Shown: positions 43,240 to 60,897 of the stretch, in pieces
Layout of the letters: each line of letters begins with the position of its first letter
Position numbering within the stretch: the first letter of the stretch is position 1
Assembly: GCA_964016885.1 (NCBI GenBank)
Contig: OZ024740.1
Location: 256,432,001 to 256,496,000 of the forward strand
Source of the DNA: Eledone cirrhosa
Taxonomy: Eukaryota
Length of the DNA: 64,000 nt
Direction of reading: 5' to 3'
Program-made: the position numbers and the translations under genes
Notes under the pieces: model-generated
The model's database searches: none
What the model saw: only the letters and a program-made list of their open reading frames with translations
Told to the model about the DNA's origin: nothing

Positions 43240-46232
43240 CGCTTGTCAGATTCAGGTGTGGGACGCTCGGGTATGGCTTTTAAAGCCTGCTAGAGACTTG
43301 CACTCCTTTACACACTGACGACAACTATGGATCTCTCTGGCTTGAGGTCCTGCATCAGGTTGCCCGTGAACACTCACAACACCATGGAGATCATAGTTCA
43401 CTGGTTCTCTTTGAACATGGCTGCGACTGTGGCTCCTGAGACCAGATTTGTTCAAGCAATTTTTCCACACTCAGGGCACTTCAATTCAATGGAGACACTG
43501 ATAGTTTCGAGAGATACACCAGGGCATTGCTTACGCACATTCCGTTTGACTTTCTGGTGCTCTATGCGTCTGTCCCCAAAATTATGGACCCCATCATTCA
43601 CTATTCCACGCCAAGTTTCTCTTTCAAGAGCTTCTATCTCCCAATCAGCCATCATCAAACCAGTTTTTTTTCAATGAGTCCTTTACACAATCCTTGAATC
43701 AGAGCCTTGGCTTGTGAGATGGTCTCTTACCCTCACAAAGCTCGCCATACAAGAGTTGTTTTGGGATTCGATCATCCTCCATTCTGCAGAGGTGTCTGGT
43801 CCATCGCAAACGCCATTGGTGGATGATACTCTCAATGCTCCGACACTCACTTCTCTGAAGGACCTCAACATCACTCACATGCATCTGCCACTTGATACCG
43901 AGTATCTTTCTGAGACACTGTTGGTGAAACCGTTCCAGTCTGTGGATATGCCATTTTTAGGCAACCCATGTCTCACATGCATACAGCAAAGCTGACAGTA
44001 CACATGCAGCATACACTTTCACCTTGGTGCTCATTGTGATTCCTCGCCTGCACCAAAGACGGTCGTTGAGCCTTCCAAATGACTCACTTGCCTTACTAAC
44101 ACGTAGACCAACTTCTGCATCCAGAGAGCAGGTCACACTCAGAGTACTCCCCAAATACAGAAATATATCAGCAGCCTTCAGCTTTTGACTGTATACGTGT
44201 ATGGAGGGTTCATTGAAAACTTTATCCGGAGCAGGTTGGTACATGACGACAGCCTTCTTCTGACTGATTGTCAGTCCCAAAGCACTGCACGCATTGGAAC
44301 AAGAATCCATAAGGGGTTGCATGTTACTCTGGGAGTGTGCAAAGTGATCAGAATAATCTGCATATAAAAATGTTCTGATCAAGGTACTCAGTACCTTAGT
44401 GTTGGCAGTGAGACGCCTAAGGTTAAACAGCCTGCCGGAAGTGCGATATCTGAGATAGATACCGTGTTGACAATCCTTGAAGGCCATGAAGAACACCATC
44501 GCGAAATACAAAGCAAACAAAGTCGCTGCAGGTATATCACCCTACTTGACACCATTTTCAACCGAGATTGTCTCAGATAGTTTACCTCCATGCCTGCATG
44601 TCATCGTGGAAGCGTTTCAGAATGTTCACAAACTTTTCAGGACAGCCCAATCTCTCCAAAATAACCCACAAAACCTTCCGATTAACGGTGTCAAATGCCT
44701 TGGTCAGATCGACAAAAATTTGGTATAAGTCCATGCGCTGCTCAATGCATTTCTCTTGAAGTTGTTTGGCCTGGAAGATCATGTCAACAGTGCCTCTGCC
44801 ATTCCTAAAGCCACATTGGGACTCAGGAAGTACCTCAACAGCAATGTGCTGTATCAATCTGTCCAACAATATCCTGCACAAGATCGTCCCAGCCACAGAT
44901 AGCAGTGAAATACCTCTGTGGTTGCCACAGTCATCTTTGGCTCCCTTTCCTTTGTAAAGTACCACCATCAATGCATCTTTCCTATCCTGTGGCACATCTT
45001 CTTCATTCCAAACATTCACAAAGAGATCAGTGAGGCGGTTTAAGAAGTTATCACCAACATACTTGAAAATCTCGGCACTCTGTCCATCCATTCCAGGTGA
45101 CTTGCCGCTGTTTAATTTTGCAATGGCCTTCGCCCCCTCATCAAATGAAGGAGGATCAGCCATTGCCAGCTTTGTAGGTCTGGATGTAATCGACCGGATG
45201 AACTCATCATCAATTTCTGATGGTCTGTTGAGAAGCTCATCAAAGTGGTCATGCCACCTGATCAGAATTTCCTTCGGATCTCTGAGCAATTCCTTGCCGT
45301 CCCCTGAGCGAAGTGGTGATATTTGTGAACCGGTCGGACCATACAGCTCCCTGAGCAGACTGTATAGGAGCTTTGTATCATGTCTATCTGAGGCCTTCTG
45401 GATTTCATCAGCCTTTTGGCTCCACCAGGTATCCTGCATGGCTCTCAATCGATGTTGCACATGTGCCTTGATCTGCCTGAAGGTCCGGTCACTCCCGTCA
45501 GAACGTGTCTCACACAATAATGATGTCAGCACTTTTTGTTTCTCTTCAAGTAAGGTCTGGATCACTGGATCCTTTTCATCGAACCTGTCTTTATGCTTTC
45601 TATTGGTATGACCCAAAACTCCAGCACTAACATCATAGACGGTTTTATTCAATGATTCCCAAGTGTTTTCACATTCCACGGACTTAAGGGAACTCGACAG
45701 CTCAGCTCTGACTTTCTCTGTTTTCAGACGAGCCACATTTAGTTGTTTTGGAAGTGCAACCTTCTTCCTCCTTACTTTGGGCTTCGCAACACATTGAAAC
45801 CTGGCGCGCACCAGCCGATGATCAGTCCAACATTCCGCGCCTCGCAATACACGAACCAACGTGATATCCCTGATATCACGTTTTCTCGTTAAAACGAAGT
45901 CAATAAGGTGCCACTTCTTGGAACATGGATGCATCCAAGTAGTCTTGTATTTGTCTTTCTGCTGAAAGAGCGTGTTCCCAAAGACAAGATCCATCTCAGT
46001 GCACATCTGCAACAGAGGTAGGCCATTGTTATTGCACTTACCTACTCCATGCCTGCCCATCACACTCCAAGCTTCCCAGTCATTACCAAAACGTGCATCA
46101 AAATCACCAAGGATTACAATCTTGTCTGCATAAGGTATACCATGGATGACCTCTCTCAAAGACATGTAGAAACTTAGTTTTTCATCATTAGTAGCACACA
46201 TAGTAGGAGCGTACACACTGACCAGAGTCACA
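43240..46232 (-). mobile_element. RTE-clade LINE (APE C-half + RT + C-terminal zinc-finger-like motifs), 5'-truncated with few frameshifts
   Basis: VYAPT, ILGDFDAR, LIDFVL, WTDHRLV, KSPGMDG, RGISLLS, ESQCGFR, FVDLTKAFDTV, LYADY, YLGSTLS, LLYACETW, CPECGK and CRQC. Confidence 0.95.
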
Positions 46233-46405
46233 TATATACATATATATATATAAATACACTTAAGTTCCATGGTTCACCACTGGCTAGAACTGGTCTTGTC
46301 GCATAGTTGAACTTGATGTAATAAGGGGAAAAGCACTCTACATGGCGTAACTTATCCATCTTTGATGTTGAATCCTGTTGGTGGCCTCCTGTCATTCTAT
46401 TCTAT

Positions 46406-46540
46406 AATTGTTTCTACTTTAGGCACAAGGCCATCAAATACCCACTACATTACTGGTACTTTATTTTATCGACCCCGTAAGGATGAAAGGCAAAGTTAAC
46501 CTCGGCGGGTTTTGAAATCAGACTCAGACGTAACTATGCT
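46406..46540 (-). mobile_element. SINE family 1 copy, truncated
   Basis: Core and tail present. Confidence 0.85.
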
Positions 46541-46562
46541 AAATTCACTGCCTATTGTATAA

Positions 46563-46616
<54 letters not shown>

Positions 46617-47032
46617 AATTTCGTAGTTCAGAAGAAATACGGTATAGTTTAAAATAAATATTTGGAGAGCCGTAGCTATGCCAAAACACCAATGACTAAC
46701 GCAAGGGGGACAATCGTGGATGCGCATTTCCAATTGAACTGGTTCTCATCAGCACATCCCTCCCACTCCTGAAACTGTTGGACTTTGAAAACAGTCGGGA
46801 ATATATGTTTTTTTTTCGTCTGTGTAAATGAGGTGATTAATCTCATTTGCATATGAAGCTGTATAAGACGCTTCAACTTATAATAGAATAGAATTAAAAT
46901 TTAGCTTCAGGCATAACTGTATACATATATATATATATTGTAGTTTCGTATTTCAGAAGAAACACGGTATGTTTAAAACGAACATTTGGAGAGCCGTAGC
47001 TATGCCAAAACACCAGCGACTAATGCCGTCGT

Positions 47033-47097
47033 AGTTGACTTGCTTGTTCGGAGAGCAGATTTAACTTAAATCTGCTTGCCAAACAAGCAAGTCAACT
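47033..47097. repeat. 65-bp hairpin next to a direct repeat of about 90 bp (46612-46702 / 46937-47026)
   Basis: AGTTGACTTGCTTGTT..GCAGATTTAA C TTAAATCTGC..AACAAGCAAGTCAACT. Confidence 0.7.
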
Positions 47098-47459
47098 CCG
47101 ATCGATCTTTTAAGTCTCTCAGGGATATTCCTTTGATAATGTGTTTTTTAAAATATTTGGGATTATCAAATTTGCTAAGGTAAGATCTTTGCAATCTTGA
47201 TTTTCTTTTTCCTATGCATTGTATGGTTTCCTATTCAACAAAGGTTCAAGCAAACTACAACACTCTGCTATATATATATGTATATAAATATATATGAAAA
47301 GTTCGGGACCCCGATGTCTGAGCTCCTGCTGTTTCAACAGCTAGATCTGAACATAGCTGTTGAAATGGCAGGAGCTCAGCCGTCGTGGTCCTGAATTGTT
47401 CATATTACTCACTCCAAGTATTCCAAGTATTCGAGTTCTCTGGTGTGTATTGTCTAACT

Positions 47460-47624
<165 letters not shown>

Positions 47625-48088
47625 GAGGAAGCTTAGTAAAATCGAAGCTTTGGCTGTGGCCAAGCAAAGTCGACCTACAATAGTAATGAGTTAGCAAAGC
47701 ACTCAATAATGCTGGGTCCTTAGAGTAATAACATACGTTTAAATAGCTTGACAAATTGAACATTGCGGTAGGCAAAACCCAACCATACAATACCAAAGTA
47801 ACGAAAGAACTAACAGGTTAAAAAACAGACCTGGACAAATCAAACGATGTACGTCTGACGTGTTTCTATGAAATCCGAAATCATTTATCCAACTTACGTA
47901 ACACGCAAGCTTGTGGTATTCCATGATCGAACAGAGGATTCATTTCATCAACAGGGATCCCGTTCTGCCTCAAACTGGTGTGAACAAACTAAATGCGAGC
48001 GCTACAGAAGGCAGCCTTCAAACATTTCGTTGTCATGTGTTATTCCAACAAGGGAAGCAACCCCCGGTTTATGGCGGGTAAATTCAAA

Positions 48089-48145
<57 letters not shown>

Positions 48146-48399
48146 CTCGAAGATGTCCGACTGAATACGTACGGGTTTTTTTTCTCCTTCATTTTTTCTC
48201 TCTTTACTCGTTCCTTTCTCTTATTACTATTTACTTTGTATCTATCTTCTATTTCTAACTCTATCTTCTGATCAAGGACTAGTGTCCAAAACGTTAAAAC
48301 TGTCTTCCTGTTATTTCAAGCGTTAAACTAATATATTTCTTCCATGTATTGTGCCGCAGGTAACGAGACTGCGTGTGGTGTGTGAACTATGAGGGAAAG

Positions 48400-48915
48400 A
48401 GAGGCATCGTCCGCAGTGAGTTCTTGCTGCAGGACTAGACAATCAACCAGCATATCTATAAAGTGATCCAATGGCATTTGCTTCGTTCAGTGCGCACAAA
48501 GAGACGAGAGTTGTAGCAGGAGTACTCGTGGCTACTTTATCACGACAATGCAACTGCTCACAACGCCCTGAACATCTGGTAGTTCCTGGCTGAGAAGAGC
48601 ATCGGTGTACTGGAACAACCTATTTATACACCTGATCATGCTCCGTGAGACATTCTTCTTTTCTGTAAGCTAAAGGGGGTCATCAAAGGTACCCGTTTGC
48701 AAGGCATAGAAAACATCAAGGGGGTCGTAACGAAGGAGCTAAGGGGCATCCAATAATAATCCTTCCAGCAGTGCATAGATGCTTGGTAGAGAAGGAAGGA
48801 TAAATGCATTAGACTCGAAAGGAATTACTTTGAAGGGAAGCCATGTAGTTTCTTGTCTGGAATTGAAATAATTTCTTTGTGACACCAATCCCTTTACTTT
48901 TCAGACAAACCTCGA
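48400..48915 (+). mobile_element. Decayed mariner transposase 3' half with right TIR
   Basis: HDNATAH, YTPDHAP*D (from YSPDLAP.D), KLKGVIKG.R and KCIRLERNYFEG. The segment ends in TTACTTTTCAGACAAACCTCG. Confidence 0.85.
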
Positions 48916-49067
48916 TAGAGGTGGTGGGGAACTAGTGTGTGGGGAGACTCACCAAGGGAAATATTGAATTGAGTGGTGGTTAAGTGGTCAACATATATAT
49001 AAGTGTGTGTGTGTATGTATATATATATATATATGTGTGTGTGTGTATAAACTATATATATATATAT

Positions 49068-49393
49068 TAGGATTGGCGCTCTGAAATAGCGATGTATACA
49101 TGAATGTATATATAGCATATTTGGCAATATAGTGTATGTTTAATTAAAAACATTTTGAAGACCTTGCGCTATTATTTTTAAGTAGTGACCGTGTCACTTC
49201 TTTTTTCAGCAAAAGAAGGGAGATAAGCTGACAGATCTGTTTCACACTGCTGGTGTTCATCAGAGCCTAGCACTCGCCGACCTTTGCCAACAATTATAGA
49301 GACTGGATTCTTATAGAATTCCAGTAATAATCAGGAACTGATTATACAGAGCGATTGCCGGTCCAACAAAAATTGAAAATTAGGATTGGTGCT
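49068..49393 (-). mobile_element. Retrozyme-like monomer (313-nt period) with an intact HHR
   Basis: TAGGATTGG(C/T)GCT recurs at 49068 and 49381. Homologous to 22352-22888. Confidence 0.8.
49225..49268 (-). ncRNA. Canonical type I hammerhead ribozyme
   Basis: aggct CTGATGA acac-cagca-gtgt GAAA cagatctg TC agctt, with a GUC site. Confidence 0.87.
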
Positions 49394-49429
49394 TATTAGG
49401 ATTTTAATCTTCACATTTATTATTATTAC

Positions 49430-49574
<145 letters not shown>

Positions 49575-49599
49575 CTATCTATCTCTATATATATATATA

Positions 49600-52245
<2,646 letters not shown>

Positions 52246-52984
52246 TATAATAACTTGTGTGTTACACCTCTATTCTTTTAACTATATATATATATATATA
52301 CATATGTATGTATATATATGCCGTACAATGTCATGAAACCTGAAATGTTGTTACTATCTTAGATCATATATTAAAAACTTCTCGTACTTGGCCATTAAAT
52401 TACACATAGATATTTTTGTATGTGACGTATGAAAAATCTTTAAGATCGCATGGGAAATATACAATCACGAATGAAGGTGTTCATTTGTAAAGCATGTCCC
52501 AGGCACTGCAATCATCGTGATGTGTCCTCGATTTCTCTTGGCAGGCCACATTTTGCGTCTACTAGACATTCGGCCCGCAAGGATTTGCAATGTCATGGAC
52601 ACTGGTGAGAACTATGACTAAAATATATGTAAAGGAAATCAAAGGATTGCAAAAGTTTCAGGGTCCTTGTGATCAAGATGGTGGACGAATTATACGGGAG
52701 GTTGTCGAAGAAAACTCATTGAGAGAGGTACTCTTGCTCGCGAGGTTTCTTCTTGTAAATCATTGCTTGCTGAACATTCCATACGAAGGATCTTTTTTAA
52801 CGAAATGAATTTACCTCAACTCCTCATTGTCATTAATTCTCTCCTAGATTGTTTTATAGTTAGAATAACAATCGAAACAGAGAAATATTTATACTTAGAA
52901 AAGAATGGATATCCAATGGTTGTATCACAAGGAACTTGAAGTTTTTTTAAGTTAGCTCAGGGTCTCCTTAGTGGATCTACTGAG

Positions 52985-53012
52985 TTTCGCGGGCCCTACG
53001 TTGGGAACCGCT
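52985..53012 (-). mobile_element. Possible hAT (Charlie-like) terminus remnant
   Basis: The reverse complement reads CAGCGGTTCCCAACGTAGGGCCCGCG. No partner end was identified. Confidence 0.3.
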
Positions 53013-54496
53013 GTTATACATACTAATCGAAGTGAGTAGGTAGGTTGTTTAGTGACTCCGGGTGTCAGATATTTCTACTGCTATTGTTTCGATAACACCC
53101 TATTAAATAGCAATAGAAACTGTGTCGAGTGAAGATTCCTGAGTCTGATGCTAAGTTTACTTGGTCACTGGTTCATATCTTAAATTAGCAATGCCCCGAA
53201 ACGGACGATTGTGATACCATCCGTTGTTTTATCGTCTCCTCGATTTTGTACCACAGATTTCAACTGTATGGGGAAGCCAGTTGTTGTGCCATCCACGTTT
53301 AATTATATCGTTTAGAGCGATGTGTCATGGAATGTGGAAAGCACCGAGGAAGCATGGCAGCGGAAATAAATAAAAAGGAGCAGATTGGCAAGTATAATCT
53401 AAGACTTGTGAATGTTTACTAACTCCTCGGATCAACTGGGTTTGTCATTCCAAAGACCAATCTAGTCACATGCTCTGTCACGCTGAATCTCCCGACGGAT
53501 TAATTAAGGATACATGTGTCTGTTAATTTCACGAGTAAGCTGTTCTGTTGATCCATCTAGAATATTCACCGTCGAAATCTATGAAGATCCACTCCATTCG
53601 ATTCGGTATACACGGGAGCGGGGAGCGAGTAAACGCATAGCTAAATGCCATGCGAGTTTTTGCCTGTTGAATTACGAGTTAAAATTACTTTATTTAGGGT
53701 GTGGAAATTAAGATGTCTGGTTCACACGCCCCTTTACAATTGACGGTATTTGAACGATCGGAGTGAAGGCTATCTTCAGATCTTTCTTAAGCAAAATATT
53801 CCAAATAGTATTGCAATGAAGAATTTGTACTAAATTTATGAAGTGTCTTCTGAATTTATAGGAATCGTTTTCCCAGTCCTCATTTTTTCGTTCTCTCTTT
53901 TCTTCTGTCTTTTTTATTCTCTTTTTCCCTCTCTGCTCCACGTCAAATCACTGTCTCTTAAACCCACTCCAAATATATATTTTAATATCTCTTTCCTGTC
54001 TTTATAATACGACCCCCCACATCACCCTCTCATTCTACCATCACTATATCTGTCTATCTATTTATCCTTTCCCTTCTTCCTATCTCTCCCCATTTCCTTT
54101 TTTCTTATCTAAATAAATCTTTCCCTATATGTGTGAAATAAATGTAAACTTTTATACAGTTACACTAATATATATATACATATACATATACATACGCGCC
54201 CGCGCGCGCACACACACACACATATACATATGCGCGCGCATACACACACTTACATATATATATTTTTTCTTTTTGTGTATATATATATATGTTCATATGT
54301 ATATATACATACACACACACACATATATATATATATATGTATATATACATGTATGTAAGACTGTGCATTTACATACACCTACATATATACATTGTATATA
54401 TGAACGCGCATATCAACGTGTATATATATATATATATATGGGGTTGCAAATGAACGAACAAAACACATGAGGCAATTGTACACACACACACCTTTT

Positions 54497-54576
<80 letters not shown>

Positions 54577-55145
54577 TCAAAATAGGAGCATACAGGACAA
54601 AGGTACTAGAAAAAAACAAGCACGACGGACAGTCCCATATCCTTTGTCAACCTTTGAAAATTACTACGGTTTCGGTATTTTTGGTTGGCACCTTTCATTC
54701 TAGTGTTCATTGGGCCATAACAACATAAGTAGAGGCAAGTTATGCTTTTAGTTAAATTACACAAATATAGAAGAAAAAGCTATCAAAAATGAGTTGTGCC
54801 TGTTTTCACATTCTAAGTCACACTGAATCTCATTGAGAACTACGGTAAGGGTACGTGTGTCTGTGGAATGCTCAGCCACTTGTACGCTAATTTTACAAGC
54901 AGGCCCTTCCGTTGATCGTATCAACTGGAACATTCGTCGTCGTAATCGGTGTGACAATATATGTATGTGCATTCTTGTGTTACTGTATATCTATATACGC
55001 ACGGTTGTATGGTTGTACGTACATATACGTATGTGTTTTCTTATGTTACTGCACATATCTATACGCATGTTTATACGGATGTACGTATATGTATGTATGT
55101 GTATTATTGTGTTGCTGTAATCTCTATACATATATTTGTATGGAC

Positions 55146-55247
<102 letters not shown>

Positions 55248-58203
55248 ATACCCGTGTTACTGCATATCTGTATTTGTATGGATGTGTATTCTTGTGTTAC
55301 TCTACCTCTCTATACCTTGTGTGGATGTATATATTTGTATGTGTTACTGTAAATATATGTGTATATTTGTGTGGATGTGTATATTTGTATGTGTATTCTT
55401 CTGTATCCTATGTTCACATGAATGTGTCAAATGTGTAAAAAAGTGTAGTGTGTACTTAGCATTAGGATTTGTATTCAACTTGGCTTCTGGGGGTTTAGCG
55501 TCTGTTCTAGCTTTGTCGGGATTCACAAAAGACTGAGCCAAAAAAATACAGAAAAACCCCATCATCCTCCAGCACAACAATAATTGACAGTAACCACCCT
55601 CGTCAACAATGACAGCAACATAACTAACATTGCCTTCACTATCACCAACACTTACTCTCACCATCGCTACCATCAACAGCTAACCACAGCTCACACCATC
55701 ACTACCATCTCCAACCATCTATGACCTACACCATCACTATCATCAGCAACGAACCACACCATCTCTACCATTTACAACTACCCACAACACACTACCCATA
55801 CCACCCCTACTATCAATGGCTAATCACAACCCACACCATCACTACCACCTGTAACTACCCACGACCCACACCATCACTACCATCAACAGCTAATCACAAA
55901 TCAAGCCATCACTAACATAAACACTATCAACAACAGCTGTGCAGTGACACACAACAGAGACCAAAGACGTGTGAAAAATCAGGCGAAATACTTGTAAGTG
56001 AAAGCCGCACTATAAGACAATCCTTATTGATGACTGACGGCTTGGGGTCTGATAAAGGCATACACACAAACAGGAGCATTAAGTCTATCTAATCAGGTTT
56101 AGAATATTCTTTGTTGTTACGATAATTCGGATGAGATTACGACTGGTGATCGTGTTGGTGGTGCTCTTGTTGTTGCAGGAAGTGGGGTTGTCTTGGTGGT
56201 GCTCCTGGGGATTTTGATGGAAGTTTGGGTGTTGGTGGGGCTATTGATGGGAGTTTGGGTGTTGGTGGGGCTATTGATGGGAGTTTGGATGTTTGAGATG
56301 GCTTCAATGTTGCTGGAGACTTGGAGAAGGTTCTCGTGTTAGAAGTGGTGTGGATTGGAGTCTTTGTGTTGGTGGTGATATTTGGGGTGTTCTCTGTGAT
56401 ATTGGGGCCGTGACTTTGGTTTTCGATGTTAGTAATGACATTAGTAGGGATCGTGTTGTTAGTGGTTTCCTTCATGCTGGTCTTGATGTTTGTGTAGGTT
56501 TTGGTGGTGTTTATCCTTTTGGGTCTGGTTTTAATGCCTGTGTAGGTTTTGGGAGCGTTTGCTCTGTTGGGCTTGATCTTATTGTTCGTGGGACATTGAT
56601 GATCATTTTCATATTAACTGGTTTTGAGAGTGATCTTGCTTTTGGTGTTGGTTTTAGTATTGTTATTTGTGCTGATACCTGTGGTCACTTTGTGTAAGGG
56701 TTAGTAGTGACGTTGCTTGTGGTGTTGAAGGTGGTAATGGTCATGGTAGTATGTTGTTGATAAAGGGTTGGTGGTAAGATTGGTGTTCGTACTGCCGTTA
56801 GTGGCATTAGTGGAGTTATTAGTTATGGTGTTAAAGTTTATGTGGGCAGCGTTATGAGTTTATATATATGTATATGTGTGTGTGTGTGTGCGTGCGCGCG
56901 CGAGTGTGCGTGTGTGTGCGTGTGTGCGTGTGTGCATGTGTGTGCGTGTGTGCGTGTGTGTATGTGCGTGTGTGTGTGCGCGTGTGTGTGTTAGAAACAG
57001 AAATTAAGAGTAAGAGAAAAACTATGAGATTTACAGAAGGCAAAACCTCCCCCACAAGAATGATGGTAATTATTATGCTGATACTGATGAAGACGACGAT
57101 GAAGAAGATGAAGAATGAAGAAGATGATGATGACGTGGGTGGAGGTATTAGTGTTGTTGGTTGCTACTGCTTCTAATTGTTGTTGGGGTGGTATAAGCTG
57201 TTGGTGGGGCTAGTCTGTTAGGGTGTAAGGTAAGAGGTGTGTGAAGAGGGGATAATGCTGCAGGGGGGGGGGGTACACACAGGGGGTGGAGGGTGGAGAG
57301 GAGACATAAGATTCAAGTTTGCCCAAAGACGTCACTAATCTAATTTCGCTATTAACAAAACATCTTTTGTATGTTTTTAATATATATTTTTTATATATTT
57401 GAAAACATTTTTATGCCAAAACATAACTAGTTGTTATTGTTGTTTTTGTTACTGACGATAATGTTGTTGCTTCCGTTGTTATGAATACAGATGATGATGA
57501 TGGTGGCAGCGGTGGTGATGGTACTGGTGGGAGTGGTGGTAGGGGTGCTGATGGTGTTTGTGGTAAAGGTGCTGGTAGTGGTTGTTTGCGGTAGAGAGCC
57601 TGTATTGGTGGTGATGGTGGCGTTGTTGGTGTGATGATAGTGAGCATGGTGGGGAAGTTTGTGCTGGAGCTGGAGGTGTAAAATGGGGTGGTGTAGATAG
57701 TGGTGTGATGATGGTGGGCGAAGTGGGGGAGTTTGTATTAGAGGGTGAGGTGTAAGTTGGAGTGGTAGAAGTGGTGTTGACGGCGGTGGTTCCAATCCTG
57801 CTTCTAAAGCTTCCATGATTGACACTTGCATGAAAAACATTATCAATCATTTCGCAGTTTTATTCAAATATTACATCTCTCTTGATTATTTTTTTGGGGG
57901 GAGAGGGGTATTTTTTACTTCTTCCAAAAATATCAATCCGCACCGCCCCCCTCACTTTCTACATTCTAGCTTTTCTTCCCACCGCCCATCCTAGTCCGCT
58001 TAGGCAGACACATGCATAAACACACTCACATACACATCTAGACATATGCATGCATATCTATACGTATGCATGTATATATACACACAGACAGACACACACA
58101 CACACATATACATATATATACATGTAAATATATATATATATGTATATATATATGTATATATATATGTATGTATATATATAATGTATATACATGTGTATGT
58201 AGG

Positions 58204-58256
<53 letters not shown>

Positions 58257-58360
58257 AACAATATAATTCTCTCGTCAGTCTTCCTTGTGTTATGTCAGCT
58301 TTCTGACTTGTCACTATCTTCTTTTCATTACTGCTACTGCTGCTGCTGCTGCTGCTGCTG

Positions 58361-58439
<79 letters not shown>

Positions 58440-58570
58440 AACCGCAACCACTACCATGCATAAGCTGAGATATTTTTTCATATTTTTGTAGGGCATTTTT
58501 TCTTTTTCCTTTATTTTCATTTTCAATAGTCTTGTAAATCACCCATCCTGCCAGACACGGAGACACATGA

Positions 58571-58611
<41 letters not shown>

Positions 58612-58648
58612 CATGTATATACATATATATACATACATGTTTATACAC

Positions 58649-58679
<31 letters not shown>

Positions 58680-59654
58680 CATGTATATACATATATATAT
58701 ATATATGCATATAGATACATTCATATATATATACATACATATATAAAGATATATACACACATATATATATGCACATTTATATGTGTGTATATGTATGAAT
58801 GTATGTATATATATACATGTGTGTACATGAGTGTTTAACGTGTGCTGTATTGCAATGGTATCTTTTCATGAGTTACTTCCCATTGTCTTTGTTCTCTGTT
58901 CAATGGCTAAGAACAAGATTAAACACTGGACTTCACCGTGCGCTGCGAGACTAATTGAAAACCTTCTGAACACATTTTCTTTGCCAAGATTTCTTATAGA
59001 AGATTTTCCCCAGTCTATTCACACACAAGTACATTCACACATATATACAGATGTGAACATTAGCATACATTGATGTATCTGTGTGAGTGAGTGAGTGAGT
59101 GTGCATATATATATATGTATGTATCTTTCATAAATGGCTAACTGAACACGAACGTGGTTTTTTTTCACAAATATTTTTTCCGTCCCTTCCTCTTCTCACT
59201 TTCTATCTTTTTATTTCGTCTTTTATTTCTCATTCTATTCTGATGAAGGACCTGAAACCTTACGACTCTTTTCCCGTTATTTGTATCGTTAAACTAATAT
59301 ATTTTTTCATTGTACTGTCTCATTTGCTTTGTCATTTCTGTTTACTTTTTATATACATACATATATATGGGCAAACAGAGACGTTAGGACAAGTGTGTGT
59401 CAGTGTTCATATTTATCTATATATCAGTATATTAAATTTTAAGCAAAGGGTGTTGGTTGAACAAGCTATCGACTATCTGCAGTGTAATCAGAAGTAAGCA
59501 CTTCGCGAGGCGGGTACCTTAAGGTATTAAGTATACCAGCAGAAAAACCGCCCACGGCAGGTTTTCTGCTAGTATATGTAGTGTGTATATAGGTATTATA
59601 CGCAAATATATATGCATATAGATGTATGTAAATTGAAAAGTAAATTGACAATAT

Positions 59655-60075
59655 CTTCTTCTTCACCCACTTATTTCTGAGAGGGTCGTGGGGGCAGAGT
59701 CCTTCTCAAACACTCCTTCCAGCGAGTCTGTCAGTAGGAAACATTTCTAACTGATCCAACTATCTTACTCAGGGTCTACCTCTGGGTCTCTTGCCGGTTG
59801 CTTTTGCCTGTAAAATGTGTCCAGCGATTCTTTACTGAGACATTCTATCCACATGCTCATAATATCGGAGTTGTGATCTCTCAATTCGGAGAAGTAACGG
59901 CTCTACCAGGAGTGACTCTCAGGTCTCTTAGCTATGCACTTTATCGAGTAACGTTACTCCAAAGACCCTTCGGAGGAATCCCATTTCTGCCACTATTATT
60001 TGCAATTGTATTCTTTGGATCATTACTCAAGATTTCATGACCCTCGGTAAGGGTTAGCAAGAATAGCAGGAAGAC
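59655..60075 (-). mobile_element. RTE-clade LINE 3' fragment
   Basis: AEMGFLRRVFGVTLLD, EPLLLRIERSQLRYYEHVDRM and GKRPRGRP, with a (GAA)n-like tail. Confidence 0.8.
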
Positions 60076-60354
60076 AGCGAGTTTGGCTTTACACCTATTT
60101 GAAGGAAATCTGTCCAACCGTCCATCAAGCAATATGTATGTGTGTTTGTGTGAATGTATATGTGTGTAAAAGGAAGGAAAGGGATACACACATATATGTC
60201 TCTAACTTAAAAACAGTGACACACACACATGAACGCCGACAAACTCACGCGTCAACAAAGTCACGCCGACAAACGCACACTGTCCTATTACCACTCAAGA
60301 GTTTTGGCCCGGGCAAATATCCCCTCAAATTTGGAACCGTCTGGGTTGTCCTGA

Positions 60355-60741
60355 ATTGATGGGAAAAAACCTCACGGTCTTACTCTGTGCTCCTGGTCAA
60401 GAGGCAGGTGCCTTACCTGGGACCTCACAGTTACTGATTCTTTTTCTTCTTTCCACATTCTGGATGCAGCAGTAAGGGCGAGAGCTACAGCCTCCGCAAC
60501 TGAACGGAACAAAATCCTAAAATACCGTGTTCTGTTAGCTAACTACATTATCCAGCCTGTGGCGTTCGAGACGTTTGGGGGAGTCGGGCTACTGACAACG
60601 AGGTTCTTATCTTCACTGGCAGCTCGCCAAAAAGAGGTAACTGGTGATGCTTGTGAGGGTACTTGCTTGTTCCAGTACCTCAGCGTCACCATCACCCCAG
60701 GTAACACTGCGAGCGTGTTGCCCCCCCTCAAAAATTATTAG
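60355..60741 (+). mobile_element. CRE-like non-LTR fragment (restriction-like endonuclease)
   Basis: DGKKPHGLTLCSWSRGRCLTWDLTV and PVAFETFGGVG..VTGD..LFQYLSVTITPGNTASVL. Confidence 0.78.
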
Positions 60742-60897
60742 AGAAGTTTCCCAGTGCTTCTCTCTATATTGCTATCTTTTGCTCGTTTCCACTCTTTCCC
60801 CTGCATATTGTTCTGGGGCCTAAGATGTGTGTATTACCTGCTTGTGTATTTTTTCTCTTTCTTTTTCCCCTTTCCCTTTCCTTTGTATATATTATAT

